A stretch of DNA of 41,324 nucleotides from Blastocatellia bacterium (GTDB lineage Bacteria; Acidobacteriota; Blastocatellia; RBC074). The notes below the pieces were generated by a model. It was not told the origin of the DNA, ran no database searches, and was given only the letters and a program-made list of their open reading frames with translations. Shown piece after piece: positions 29,775 to 40,446 of the stretch. Position 1 is the first letter of the stretch. Every line of letters starts with the position of its first letter. The translations under genes were made by a program, and so were the position numbers. The stretch is from assembly GCA_031371805.1 (NCBI GenBank), contig JANMKB010000244.1, positions 1 to 41,324 of the forward strand. Direction: 5' to 3'.

Positions 29775-30926
29775 ATGGTTGCACTTCTTAATTACTTTGT
29801 CCAACGACAGGAAAAAATTATTCAACTGACCCGTGAATTGGTTGAGCAGGAGACAACTTCGCGGGAAGAAACGCGCTTGAATGCAATTGCTCATTTTGTG
29901 GCAGAAAGACTTCAACCATACGCTTCCGAGGTGCAGCTTTCCCCCAGCCCTGGTTACGGGACGCATTTGTGTGCGCGCTTTAATTTCGGACATCAATCTG
30001 ATGCGCCACAAGTTTTGCTCGTTGGGCATCTTGATACTGTCTGGCCTGTTGGGACGTTGGAACGCTTACCGTTTCGCATCACGGAGAAAGGTAAAGCTCA
30101 CGGGCCTGGAATCTTCGATATGAAAGCTGGTATAGCTGTGGCAATGCAAGCGCTTGAGGCAATCGCTACGCAAGAATTACAAACAAAACATCCGGTAACT
30201 TTATTACTGACCTGTGATGAAGAAATTGGGAGCAAAACATCACGTGCTTTAGTCGAAGCAGAAGCTCGGCGTTCAGTTGCCGCTTTAATACTGGAGCCGC
30301 CGATTCCTGGCGGTCGTGTCAAAACCGGACGCAAAGGAATTGGCGGATTTATGCTCAAAGTCACAGGCCGTGCTGCGCACGCCGGGCTTGACCCAGGTCA
30401 GGGCGTCAACGCGATTGTTGAATTGGCACATCAAACTTTGCACCTTGCCGCGCTCAATAATTACGAACAGGGAATTACAGTCAATGTCGGAGTTGCAAAT
30501 GGTGGCACGACGTCCAATGTCGTCCCAGCGGAAGCAAGCGCCAAAATAGATTTTCGTTTCTGGAAAGATGAAGACGGCGCTGAGGTCGAAGCCATTATTC
30601 GCCATTTACAACCAGTGCTGGAGGGCGCAAAGCTGGAACTCATGGGCGGCATTAATCGCCCTCCGATGGAGCGTTCTGAAAAAAATCTTGCCCTGTATGA
30701 AATCGCTAAACGCTGTGCCGCAGAAATCGACATTGATTTACAGGAAGGAGTGGTTGGTGGAGGCTCTGACGGGAACTTTATCGCGGCGCTTGGCGTTCCC
30801 ACACTTGATGGTTTAGGTGTGGACGGCGCAGGCGCACATGCTGAACACGAACATATTATTTTGTCGGATATTCCGCAGCGTGCGGCTTTACTGACGCGAT
30901 TAATAACTGTAGCTGGTGGTTCTTAA
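29775..30926 (+). CDS. M20 family metallopeptidase (glutamate carboxypeptidase-like)
   Basis: [44 protein letters not shown]. Confidence 0.92.
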   Translation: MVALLNYFVQRQEKIIQLTRELVEQETTSREETRLNAIAHFVAERLQPYASEVQLSPSPGYGTHLCARFNFGHQSDAPQVLLVGHLDTVWPVGTLERLPFRITEKGKAHGPGIFDMKAGIAVAMQALEAIATQELQTKHPVTLLLTCDEEIGSKTSRALVEAEARRSVAALILEPPIPGGRVKTGRKGIGGFMLKVTGRAAHAGLDPGQGVNAIVELAHQTLHLAALNNYEQGITVNVGVANGGTTSNVVPAEASAKIDFRFWKDEDGAEVEAIIRHLQPVLEGAKLELMGGINRPPMERSEKNLALYEIAKRCAAEIDIDLQEGVVGGGSDGNFIAALGVPTLDGLGVDGAGAHAEHEHIILSDIPQRAALLTRLITVAGGS

Positions 30927-30933
30927 ATTATTT

Positions 30934-32205
30934 ATGGAACGCATTTACCGCGACCCCGTTCACAACATCATCGCTCTTTCCGATCATCGCGCAGATGATG
31001 CGTTGCTGATCAAATTAATTGATACGCGGGAGTTTCAGCGCCTGCGTTACATTCGTCAGCTTGGTCTCGCGCATTACACGTATCAGGGCGCAGAGCATTC
31101 GCGGTTTACACACAGCCTGGGCGTGATGCACCTGATGACGCGAGTGCTGAATCGCTTTAACGAAAAACACAAAATCAGTGATGAAGCGCGAGTGGTTGCG
31201 CGGGTTGCCGCTATGTTGCACGATCTTGGGCACTGGCCTTTTTCGCACGTGATGGAAAAAGTAGTGCACCAAAGTCATGAAAGCTGGACGACAAAAATTA
31301 TTGGGGCCGAAAATACGCAGGTAAATGCGCTGCTCAGGGCTTTTGATTCATCGCTCCCGGACAAAATAATTGCGGCTATCGAACATAAATATCTGCCGTC
31401 TTTTGTCGGGCAACTCGTTTCATCGCAACTTGACGTGGATCGGTTTGATTACCTCCTGCGCGACAGCCTGATGACCGGTGCGCAATATGGCAACTATGAC
31501 CTGGAATGGATTATTCAATCGCTGGAAGTTGATCTGGAAAATGATCGTGTTTATTTATCAGCGAATGGTTTGTACGCTGCCGAAGAATATTTGCGTGCCC
31601 GATATTATATGTTTCGCCAGGTGTATTTCCATCACACATTGCGTTCGGCGGAGGTTGTTTTGCAGGGAATTATGCGCCGTGCGTGTGAGTTGGCAAGAGC
31701 GGGACAACTGGGATTTATGCTTGCCGATTCGGTGATGCAGCGCGTGCTGACCAAACAGGAATTAACGGTCGAGGATTATTTACGTTTCGACGACCACGAT
31801 ATGATGTTTCATATCAAACAGTGGACGCGTGAAGCTGATCCGATCTTACAGGATTTCGCCACGCGCTTTATTGAGCGCCGACTTTTCAAAGCGCGTGATC
31901 TTGATTTTCCTGAACCCGAACGCAAAGAAATCATTGCCGAGGCGCGCGAGAAAATTGCCGCCGCAGGCTTTGATCCGAATTATTACCTGATCGAAGACCG
32001 CGCCGCCGATGTGCCGTATTACAGTTATTATCGTCCCGAAGGCAAGGCGCGTTTGTATATTGAAAGGCGCGGCTCAAGTGGCGAGCTTTGCGATATTGCG
32101 GAAATTTCTGATGTGGTGCGTGGGATGAGCGGTTACGAAATTCATCGCGTTTGTTATCCGGCTGAGGCCGGTCAGTCAATTGAGCAGCTTTGGAAAAAAC
32201 GGTGA
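30934..32205 (+). CDS. HD-domain phosphohydrolase (YwfO/SAMHD1-like)
   Basis: [57 protein letters not shown]. Confidence 0.92.
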   Translation: MERIYRDPVHNIIALSDHRADDALLIKLIDTREFQRLRYIRQLGLAHYTYQGAEHSRFTHSLGVMHLMTRVLNRFNEKHKISDEARVVARVAAMLHDLGHWPFSHVMEKVVHQSHESWTTKIIGAENTQVNALLRAFDSSLPDKIIAAIEHKYLPSFVGQLVSSQLDVDRFDYLLRDSLMTGAQYGNYDLEWIIQSLEVDLENDRVYLSANGLYAAEEYLRARYYMFRQVYFHHTLRSAEVVLQGIMRRACELARAGQLGFMLADSVMQRVLTKQELTVEDYLRFDDHDMMFHIKQWTREADPILQDFATRFIERRLFKARDLDFPEPERKEIIAEAREKIAAAGFDPNYYLIEDRAADVPYYSYYRPEGKARLYIERRGSSGELCDIAEISDVVRGMSGYEIHRVCYPAEAGQSIEQLWKKR

Positions 32206-33083
32206 GCGTAAAAAGCAAAAGTCAAAAATCAAACAGCAAAATTGCCGCGCATTTTTTACTTTTTCCATGCGCGTTATGTTGTTTGTTGTTTGATTGTTCG
32301 CTGGCGCAATCACGGATCGCAATTCTTGATTTTGTCGGCGAGCGCGAAGCTTCAAATCATTTGCGCAAGCTGGCAGACAAAGCAGAATTTACGCAAATTG
32401 ATGTGGCACAGCTTGAAATTGCCGTCAAAGGATCAGGTTACAATGGCAGCTTAAATCTGACGCTTGATGAGGCGCGTGCGCTGGGCTTGAGTATTGGCTG
32501 CGATTATTACATCGTCGGAATCGCACGAGTTTTGCGTCGTCTGGGTTCAGCCAGTGAATTTTATTTTGATGTGATGCTGGGAACTTTTTTAGTTGAAACG
32601 AGCAGTGGGAAATTAATTAATTTTTCGTTTGAGAAAGCGCAAACTGCTAATGAAATATTGGCGCACCGACAACTGCTGAATTTAGCTGAAAAGATTTGGC
32701 TCAGCAGTACAGTCGCCATAAAATCTGCGGCGGGAAAATCTGTCAACGCAGAAGAACCCCAGCAGATTTACGAGGTTGACTCTGCCGAGGCAGTAAGGTT
32801 AAAAATTAAACCACCACAATTTTTTCGGCGGGTCAAACCGACATATACTGAAACAGCTTCATTCGGGAATATTACTGCCACCATTGAACTGAAAGTAGTT
32901 TTTCAATCTGATGGGCGCATCGGCGCGGTTGAAATTATGCGCTGGGGCGGGTTCGGACTAGATGAATCTGCTCTCGCAACCGTCAGACAATTGAAATTTG
33001 AGCCGGCAAAAATTGCTGGTAGCCCGGTTAATGTCAGTGCCATTGTGCGTTACAACTTTGGTCAGGAGGAAAAAGCAAAATGA
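32202..33083 (+). CDS. TonB C-terminal domain protein with extra N-terminal domain
   Basis: KPTYTETA...LKVVFQSDG...[19 protein letters not shown]; GTGA overlap with the HD gene. Confidence 0.8.
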   Translation: MSVKSKSQKSNSKIAAHFLLFPCALCCLLFDCSLAQSRIAILDFVGEREASNHLRKLADKAEFTQIDVAQLEIAVKGSGYNGSLNLTLDEARALGLSIGCDYYIVGIARVLRRLGSASEFYFDVMLGTFLVETSSGKLINFSFEKAQTANEILAHRQLLNLAEKIWLSSTVAIKSAAGKSVNAEEPQQIYEVDSAEAVRLKIKPPQFFRRVKPTYTETASFGNITATIELKVVFQSDGRIGAVEIMRWGGFGLDESALATVRQLKFEPAKIAGSPVNVSAIVRYNFGQEEKAK

Positions 33084-34063
33084 ACTTTTCTGCCCGGTTA
33101 TTAAGGGTCTTACTGAATACAATTTTATTTATTTTGTTAGCTTGCAGCGCCCAGGCGCAATGGCAGGTCATGCGCCAGGACGATACGCGCTGCGATTCAA
33201 AAGGCAATCGCTGTGACCTGAATGCAATCTTTTTCGCGGACAAAGAAAATGGCTGGCTGGTGGGTGATCGCGGCATCATCCGCGCCTCACAAAACCAGGG
33301 AGAGCGCTGGGTCGCACAGGATGCTGGTGTGAAAACTGCCCTTAGCGATGTCGCCTTCACCAGTAAAAAAGATGGATTTATTGTTGCTGTTGGCGCTCGT
33401 CTTTACCGCACGGCGGATGGCGGTAATTCCTGGCAATTGATTTATCAAATCGTTGCTCCGAAAAATGCCGTGAAGCAGGAATTGCCGGAACTTTACAGTC
33501 TTGCCTTTCCGAATAAGAAAAAAGGCTGGGTCGTGGGAACTGAAGGTCGCATTCTGCATACGGAAGATGGTGGAAGTACCTGGGCGCAACAGGAAAGCGG
33601 AACCAGAGAAGAATTAGTTCATGTCAAATTCGTCAACGATAAACGCGGTTGGATAGTTGGTGGCAATGGGATCATTTTGTATACCGAAGACGCCGGACGC
33701 ACGTGGGCTAAACAAGCCAGCGGCGTCAAACGCCATCTTTATCACATTGATGCAATCGGTAAAAAAGACGCTGTTATTGTAGGCGATAACGGTCTTGTAC
33801 TGAGAAGCGAAAATGGCGGTTTGTCGTGGGAGCCGATTAAAGTGGAGACCAGACAAACCCTGCTCAGCATTGCTTTTATCAATGACGATCTGGGCTTTAT
33901 CATCGGTTGGAAAGGAACTGTTTTGCGCACCGGCGATGGTGGCAAAACCTGGGTGGTACAGGAAAGCGGAACTAAACAAAATCTGTACGGCTTGTTTGCG
34001 AAGAAGAAACAAATTTGGGCAGTTGGTGGCGATGGATTGATTTTGCGTTATAACGACAGATGA
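33080..34063 (+). CDS. YCF48-like BNR/Asp-box repeat beta-propeller protein
   Basis: Repeated GWxVGxxGxIxxTxDGGxTW units; signal peptide; ATGA overlap. Confidence 0.9.
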   Translation: MNFSARLLRVLLNTILFILLACSAQAQWQVMRQDDTRCDSKGNRCDLNAIFFADKENGWLVGDRGIIRASQNQGERWVAQDAGVKTALSDVAFTSKKDGFIVAVGARLYRTADGGNSWQLIYQIVAPKNAVKQELPELYSLAFPNKKKGWVVGTEGRILHTEDGGSTWAQQESGTREELVHVKFVNDKRGWIVGGNGIILYTEDAGRTWAKQASGVKRHLYHIDAIGKKDAVIVGDNGLVLRSENGGLSWEPIKVETRQTLLSIAFINDDLGFIIGWKGTVLRTGDGGKTWVVQESGTKQNLYGLFAKKKQIWAVGGDGLILRYNDR

Positions 34064-34090
34064 TTGTCTTTGCCTTAACTTCGCACTTTT

Positions 34091-34522
34091 ATGACTAAGA
34101 TTTTTACGGCGCGCTGGCTTTTTCCGATCACTTCGCTGCCAATTGCGCAGGGTGCAATCGCGGTTGAGGCCGATCAATTCTTGCGGTTGACACGCTTGAT
34201 AAAATTCGTGCGCAATTTCCCACGGCTGCCATTTGCGATTTTGGCGCAGCCGCGATTCTGCCTGGCCTCATCAACGTTCATACACATCCTGAGTTAACCG
34301 CCTTTCGTGGTCGCCTGGAAGATGCCCGGCGCTTTTGCTGAATCGCTCAGTCGCCGTAGCATTGAATTCACTGCGCCTGGCTGCTCGACGATTAAGTATT
34401 TCAAACAGCTTGGCGTTTTGGAGACCACGCCATTATTGATTCATGGACAGGTACAAACGCTGGATGAAGTGCAGGTGTTACGTGCCGTGCAAAGAGCGCA
34501 GCAGAAATTAGCTATGATTTAG
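34091..34522 (+). pseudogene. amidohydrolase family gene collapsed by frameshift and internal deletions
   Basis: IFTARWLFPITSLPIAQGAIAV; after a frameshift DFGAAAILPGLINVHTHPEL (HxH); then YFKQLGVL..PLLIH joined directly to a C-terminal GQVQTLDE helix. Confidence 0.8.
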
Positions 34523-34558
34523 GCAGAAGTGACAAAGGTGATTTTAATTATAAATGAC

Positions 34559-34595
34559 ACGGAGCGTTCAAAGTGTCGCACTTCAAACGCTCCGT
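34559..34595. terminator. stem-loop between convergent genes
   Basis: ACGGAGCGTT..AAGTG/CACTT..AACGCTCCGT. Confidence 0.6.
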
Positions 34596-34614
34596 ATGTC
34601 CAATTCATTTGTAG

Positions 34615-35901
34615 CTAAATTTTTGCTGGTTCCAGTTTTGGCGCAAGGATGTTAATTGCGCCCCATGCCAACAAATAAATAACGCCGGCAATAATAAACA
34701 TTGGCAAATAATTACCGGGGTTTTGCCCCAGCACCTTGCCGATGTAATACGGCAGCAACATTCCTCCAATCGCTCCTGCACAGCTTCCAATACCAACAAC
34801 TGAGGCAACAGCTTTGCGCGGGAACATATCTGTCGTCAAAGTGAACAGATTGGCTGACCAGCCCTGATGCGCTCCGGTAGCGATACCAATCAGCAAAATG
34901 GCCAGCCAAACGCTGGTGGTGAAATACGCCAAAATAACAATTGGCATCATTGCAGCAAACAGGAACATCGTCGTTTTGCGAGCTTTGTTAACAGTCCAGC
35001 CACGTTTGATAAGTGCCGAAGACAAATAGCCGCCACCAACCGAACCAATGTCTGCGATGATGTAAACAACAGTTAAGTACGGGATTAAGTCAGTGCCCTG
35101 AATACCGAAATTTTTATTCAGAAATTTTGGCAACCAGAACAGATAAAACCACCACACCGGATCAGTCATCATTTTACCAACTGCGAAGGCCCAGGTTTGG
35201 CGCATTCCAAGCAATGGCAGCCATGGGGTTTTCGTTTCGTCTTCTTCTTTCTCGCCAGCACGAATGAGTTTTAATTCCTCACTGGAAAGACGCGGATGAT
35301 CTTCAGGTCGCTGGTAAAATGCCCACCAGAAAATCAACCATAAAAAACCGACAGCGCCAGTAAAAATAAAGGCACTTTGCCAACCGAATTTTGCTGATAA
35401 GACCAACGCCGTAGCCGGAGCGATAATCGCTCCGACATTAGTCCCAGCATTGAAAATTCCGGTGGCGAGCGCTCGTTCTTTTTTTGGAAACCATTCCGCT
35501 ACTGTTTTTAGGGAAGCGGGAAAATTTGCGGCTTCGCCAATGCCGAGACCAAATCGGGCGACACCGAAGCCAAACGCAGTGGCAGCGAAGGCGTGTCCCA
35601 TTCCGGCCAGAGACCACATCACCAGTGCAATTGAGAAACCAATCTTCACGCCAATTTTATCCAGCACTCCGCCCCAAACCAAAAACATAATTGCGTAGGC
35701 AAACTGAAACGAAATCACAATGTTGCTGTAATCCGCCTCTGACCAGCCGATCTTGTTTTGCAATTCTGGCGCGAGTGTTCCCAGCACCTGACGATCTATG
35801 TAGTTCACCACCGTAGCAAAAAAGAGTAGTCCGCAAATGTACCACCGCAAATTTTTAATTTTGCCTGCCGCAAGCACAGAGCTGGAGATGTCCTGATTCA
35901 T
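34615..35901 (-). CDS. MFS transporter, ExuT-like hexuronate (ACS) family
   Basis: RWYICGLLFFATVVNYIDRQ, GEAANFP, EWFPKKERALATGIFNAG, TDPVWWFYLFWLP, AHQGWSAN. Confidence 0.9.
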   Translation of the reverse strand: MNQDISSSVLAAGKIKNLRWYICGLLFFATVVNYIDRQVLGTLAPELQNKIGWSEADYSNIVISFQFAYAIMFLVWGGVLDKIGVKIGFSIALVMWSLAGMGHAFAATAFGFGVARFGLGIGEAANFPASLKTVAEWFPKKERALATGIFNAGTNVGAIIAPATALVLSAKFGWQSAFIFTGAVGFLWLIFWWAFYQRPEDHPRLSSEELKLIRAGEKEEDETKTPWLPLLGMRQTWAFAVGKMMTDPVWWFYLFWLPKFLNKNFGIQGTDLIPYLTVVYIIADIGSVGGGYLSSALIKRGWTVNKARKTTMFLFAAMMPIVILAYFTTSVWLAILLIGIATGAHQGWSANLFTLTTDMFPRKAVASVVGIGSCAGAIGGMLLPYYIGKVLGQNPGNYLPMFIIAGVIYLLAWGAINILAPKLEPAKI

Positions 35902-36024
35902 TTATTTCTCCGACCGAAAAAAGGAATAATTTTGAGATGTTGGAACGTGATGTTCGTTTTGAACTGCGTGGACAGGATAATACGCTGACCGAGGTTGGTC
36001 AAACTGATAGGTAAGATTTATAGG

Positions 36025-36047
36025 GAGGGAGACAATACGTCTCCCTC
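36025..36047 (-). terminator. hairpin downstream of Omp85 gene
   Basis: GAGGGAGAC-AATAC-GTCTCCCTC. Confidence 0.5.
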
Positions 36048-36069
36048 GCCTGATTTGGCTGACGGACGG

Positions 36070-37260
36070 CTATGAGATTTTCGGAATACCGACAAACATG
36101 CGCCGACCTTCGCCGCCGCCGAGTCCGATGTAAACTTTGAAATACACGCGATCCGCAGAAAACACCGTGAAGCCAAAGCCGTAGCTGTGGCGCAAACGCG
36201 CGGAGCCTAAGCCGCCGAGTGTGGGCGCAACCTTTCCCGTATCGTAAAACGCAAGTGCGCCGAAACCATTCTTAATGTTGATCTGATATTCCGTTTGCAC
36301 CACCATCAAACTCCGATCACGAAAACGGTAGTCCGCGAAACCGCGCAACGCGGGATCATTGTTGATGTCTGACCCGCCCAACGTTTCCTGATAATAAAAC
36401 GGCACTTGTTTGCCCCCGCTTGTCCGCGCTGAAGAGAGGCGAAAGCGTACATCAAAATAACTATCCGGTTTCGGAATTTTAAAATGATGTTTCAAGTCAG
36501 TGTCGAAACGACCAAATGAAAATTGTCCGCCGTCAGTATCCTGAAAGTAACTATAGCCAATTTTGTAATCCAGATTATATGGCTTCGTCGTTGGAAAATG
36601 CGGCTTCGCAAATGCTTCGTAGCGCATGAAATGCGGTTGCTTCGTCAAGCCTGGCGTAGTCGCTTCGGTGAATTTCTTTTCAATTGAAATGTCCTTCGTC
36701 CCCAGGTTTTTTGCGGCTTCGACATGGGGCCAGAGGCTTTCGATTGTGCCGCCAATGGCTAACCAGCTACTGACCGGATTGTAAACTTCGAGGCCGAGCT
36801 TCGTATCACGACGGGCGAAAAACACCTTGTCATCTTTCCTTGTATTTGGTCCCAAACCAAAGTACGCCATTTTTGGCAACCCCCAATGCTTGACGTATGC
36901 GTTGATGGCAAAACGATCTCGCGCCGAATTATTTTCGCCCCACGCTTTGTGCGTAAATTTTGTCCCAACCTCGACCTGATAAAATTTCTGGAATGTTACC
37001 GCACCGGAAACCGAAACATTGCGCTGCCAGGCATCCTTATTAAATTCGGTATAGTAAGCCGCGCCGAGGCCAAAGCCGCTGCCAGGCACGATGCTGGTGG
37101 GCGGCAACGGACGTACGGGCTTATGCGTAAAAACCTCTCTGCCGCAATCTTCCCAATGAATTTTGCTTGGCTCCTTTCGTGCGATTTCACAGGGCGATTG
37201 TGCGACCACAGAACTTGCCAGCGACAGCAGGAGTAAAGTTGCAAGAATGATTCTTCTCAT
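36070..37260 (-). CDS. Omp85/BamA-TamA family beta-barrel protein without POTRA domains
   Basis: Signal peptide; PGSGFGLG; VPFY..TLGG...LRGFADYRFRD; FYDTGKV; SYGFG. Confidence 0.8.
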   Translation of the reverse strand: MRRIILATLLLLSLASSVVAQSPCEIARKEPSKIHWEDCGREVFTHKPVRPLPPTSIVPGSGFGLGAAYYTEFNKDAWQRNVSVSGAVTFQKFYQVEVGTKFTHKAWGENNSARDRFAINAYVKHWGLPKMAYFGLGPNTRKDDKVFFARRDTKLGLEVYNPVSSWLAIGGTIESLWPHVEAAKNLGTKDISIEKKFTEATTPGLTKQPHFMRYEAFAKPHFPTTKPYNLDYKIGYSYFQDTDGGQFSFGRFDTDLKHHFKIPKPDSYFDVRFRLSSARTSGGKQVPFYYQETLGGSDINNDPALRGFADYRFRDRSLMVVQTEYQINIKNGFGALAFYDTGKVAPTLGGLGSARLRHSYGFGFTVFSADRVYFKVYIGLGGGEGRRMFVGIPKIS

Positions 37261-38771
37261 TTCGCGCCTCCCGCTTTTTTGGTTTTCGCCACGGGTTTCT
37301 TACCCTTTGATGGTTTCCTGGGCGCAGGGGCTTGGGCTTGGAGCTTGCCTTGCAAATCGCGCAGATACCCCGCTACATCATGTTCCGTTTTGAAGGAACG
37401 AATAGTTTTCCCCGATTGTTTTTGCGCGGGCAATTCGCTTTCGAGCGCCAATCCCTGATAGAGCATTGCCAGTTGAAAATCTGACATCTCATGCCTGACT
37501 TTGGGTTTAGGCTTGATCTTGCGCATGGGCATGGCACTGGCGGAGCGCGTCGGCATCGCTAACAATCCCATTGCCTCCGGCTCAACAATCTGTTTGGCAG
37601 GTTTGGGAAAAGTGATGGTGTCAGTGCGCGGCGCATCCAGCGTGATACAGAAATCTAACGTATTCGCCAGTCTGTCGCGTTCGCTCAGGAAATTGCCCGG
37701 AAAGCCTTTGGTGAAAAGCTTGCGTGCCGTGGCAACGATTGAAGTGTGATCGAACAGTGTGCCGATGATTGTGCCTTTTTTGATATATGGCGAAACCACT
37801 ACCGCCGGCACACGCACACCGAGGCGCTGAAAATCGAAGGCCGGCAGGCTGCTGTTCTTGCCATCGGGATTCACCGTTTTTGGTGGCGGGACGTGATCGT
37901 AAAGGCCGCCGTGTTCATCATAAACAATCACGAGCATCGAACTTTCCCACAAGGCTTTGTTTTTGCGCAGCGCAGTGTAAACGTCACTGATGAGTCGCTC
38001 GCCTTCAGCAACTTCATGGTCGGGATGCTGATCGTTCGCGGCGAAAGTATCATCGCTGTTGAAGCGCGGCTCGACCACGGTGTACGTTGGCAACGTTCCT
38101 TTTTTGCAATCGTTGAGGAAATTATTGAAGGTGCCAAAAAACTTCCCCTGATTTTTTTTCAGATAAGCAATCTGCTGCGTAATGGTCGAATCATGAAAGT
38201 AAATTTTGGTCGAAATACCAGGCTTTTCTGTATCCAGCAATTCGTAAATAGATTTGAAATTGCCACCCCAATCCGGGGCCATATCAACACGCCCCATCGA
38301 AGTCCCATAATTCACAAAAGCGCGATTGGGCAGGGTTGGCCCCGGCACGGATGAAAACCAGTTGTCGCAAATGGCGTACTCCTTCGCCAGCGTCGTCAGC
38401 ACTGGAATCTGCGCCGGATCAAAGCATTTCATGATCTTGCGTGCCTTCTTCGGATTATTGGTGTGACCCTGGTAGTTTTTGACAAAGCCCGTCATCAAAG
38501 GCGTTCCATCATTATTTCCATTTTTGTTACTGAAAATCTGCTCATTAACATCAATCAGAAAATGACCTGGATCAGGCCACAAATCGCCCGCGTTTTGCGT
38601 ACCCTTACTGACTTTTACTTGCGTGCCGTCGGGCGCGGGGACGGTTTCATTTCCAGTCAGTCCATTAATTGGATAGTCGGGGCTTTTCATAAATCCGAAC
38701 AAATGATCGAACGAACGGTTTTCCATCATGAGCAGCACGAGGTGCTTAATTTTGTCTTTTGCTGAGGGCAT
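37257..38771 (-). CDS. phospholipase C/acid phosphatase (phosphoesterase) family protein, no signal peptide
   Basis: IKHLVLLMMENRSFDH, DNWFSSVPGPTLPNR, NDQHP, YDEHGGLYDHVPPP, LGVRVPA, FDHTS. Confidence 0.92.
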   Translation of the reverse strand: MPSAKDKIKHLVLLMMENRSFDHLFGFMKSPDYPINGLTGNETVPAPDGTQVKVSKGTQNAGDLWPDPGHFLIDVNEQIFSNKNGNNDGTPLMTGFVKNYQGHTNNPKKARKIMKCFDPAQIPVLTTLAKEYAICDNWFSSVPGPTLPNRAFVNYGTSMGRVDMAPDWGGNFKSIYELLDTEKPGISTKIYFHDSTITQQIAYLKKNQGKFFGTFNNFLNDCKKGTLPTYTVVEPRFNSDDTFAANDQHPDHEVAEGERLISDVYTALRKNKALWESSMLVIVYDEHGGLYDHVPPPKTVNPDGKNSSLPAFDFQRLGVRVPAVVVSPYIKKGTIIGTLFDHTSIVATARKLFTKGFPGNFLSERDRLANTLDFCITLDAPRTDTITFPKPAKQIVEPEAMGLLAMPTRSASAMPMRKIKPKPKVRHEMSDFQLAMLYQGLALESELPAQKQSGKTIRSFKTEHDVAGYLRDLQGKLQAQAPAPRKPSKGKKPVAKTKKAGGAK

Positions 38772-39061
38772 GTTCTTATACCTCCGGGTAGGAATGTGGT
38801 TATTGTTTTATGTAATCTCGCAGTTAATGTACCAGGTGAGGAAGCAACGAAATCTGGCCGCGACTTGCGCTGTAAGCTAGCTCACTTATTCTTTCCATTT
38901 TGGGGGAGGACTGATGTATAGCAAAAAAAAGTTTTAACCGCCACAAAATAATGAAGCCAGCTTTATCCCCGTCGCGTCAATAGTATTGGCAAAACGGAAA
39001 GATCGTGATTTAGTAACTTCTCCACAATTAGCAATTCATCTTAAGCAAAGGACAAACAACT

Positions 39062-40333
39062 ATGACAATTGAACGCAGAGATTTTATCAAACAGGCAGCA
39101 GCAACCACTGCCCTCGGATTAACCCTTCCAACCAGTCGCATTCTTGGTGCAAATGATCGGGTGCGCATCGGCATCATCGGCCCCGGCGCACGCGGCCAGG
39201 AACTGATGCGCGAATTTGTGAAAGCGCCGAACCTCGAATTCGTAGCGCTTTCTGATGTCTACAATTCACGTTTCGACCAGGCCAAAAAATTGCTGAGCGA
39301 GACCGGGCAAAATACTACGAACATCAAAACTTTCAGCGATCATCGCAGGATGCTGGAGATGAAAGACCTTGATGCTGTGATTGTCGCCACGCCGTTGCAT
39401 TGTCATTCACGGCATTTTCTCGACACGCTTGCAGCGGGCAAAGATTTGTACAGCGAAAAAACGATGACGTGGTCAATCGAAGAAGCCGAAGCCTGTCTTG
39501 CCGCCGCGAAAAAATCCAAAAGCGTTGTCGGCATCGGCCTGCAACATCAAAGTGCGGGCTATTTTGAAGACGCTCGTGCGTGGTTCAAATCTGGTCAACT
39601 CGGCACGATTTCGCACGTTGAATCGTGGATGAGCCGCAATTCTAAACGCGGACAAGGGCAGTGGTTGCGTCCGGTTCCGTCCGATTGCACTGCCGATAAT
39701 GTGAAGTGGGATTCATTTTTGAATGGTCGTCAGAAGCGTGCCTTTGACGCTTACAAATTCATCAACTGGCGTTTCTTCTGGGAATTTTCCGGCGGCAATG
39801 TCACCGAAAATATGGTGCATCAAATCGCGTGGATCATTGGCGTACTTGATTTGGGCTTACCGACCGCAGCCTATATGTCAGGCGGAGTTTTCGTCGAAAA
39901 AGACGGACGCGAAGTCCCCGACACAATCGCTGTGACCCTGGATTATCCAAACGATATGGTAGTCACGTGGCAATCCTCATTCAACAATAGTCGTTATGGT
40001 TTGGGCGCACGGATTCTCGGCTCAAATGGTTCAATTGAATGGTTGATGGGATCGAATGATATGGTGTCCGGCAAATCAGTCAGTGGCTGGAATTATGTGC
40101 CGGAGAAAATGAATAACCCCAATGGTCAAATCATCAAAGGCGAGGCCAAAGGCGTACATCATTACACGAATTTTGTGGAGTGTACCCGTTCGCGTAAAGA
40201 GCCAAATTCATCAGTGGAGTTAGGCTATAAATCAGCCATCGCCGCGCATATGGCGAACTTATCTTATCGCAAGAAACAACGACTGACGCTGGATGAAGCG
40301 AAACAGGCAGGGCGGCAATTAGCTTCACGATAG
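39062..40333 (+). CDS. Gfo/Idh/MocA family oxidoreductase, Tat signal
   Basis: ERRDFIK, GANDRVRIGIIGPGARG, DAVIVATPLHCH, YSEKTM, NWRFFWEFSGG. Confidence 0.92.
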   Translation: MTIERRDFIKQAAATTALGLTLPTSRILGANDRVRIGIIGPGARGQELMREFVKAPNLEFVALSDVYNSRFDQAKKLLSETGQNTTNIKTFSDHRRMLEMKDLDAVIVATPLHCHSRHFLDTLAAGKDLYSEKTMTWSIEEAEACLAAAKKSKSVVGIGLQHQSAGYFEDARAWFKSGQLGTISHVESWMSRNSKRGQGQWLRPVPSDCTADNVKWDSFLNGRQKRAFDAYKFINWRFFWEFSGGNVTENMVHQIAWIIGVLDLGLPTAAYMSGGVFVEKDGREVPDTIAVTLDYPNDMVVTWQSSFNNSRYGLGARILGSNGSIEWLMGSNDMVSGKSVSGWNYVPEKMNNPNGQIIKGEAKGVHHYTNFVECTRSRKEPNSSVELGYKSAIAAHMANLSYRKKQRLTLDEAKQAGRQLASR

Positions 40334-40446
40334 AATTAAAGAGAAGCGCATCAATGCTGACTTAGCGGATTATCATAGGTAAATTTGCTAAGTGAGAAGC
40401 AGCAAAATTCATGTTAAGCACTATTATTTGAAGAGACTCGGTCATT

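Noticed and set aside
33200-34050. Periodic nucleotide similarity, possible array
   Set aside because: Explained by BNR/YCF48 protein repeats; not CRISPR-like.
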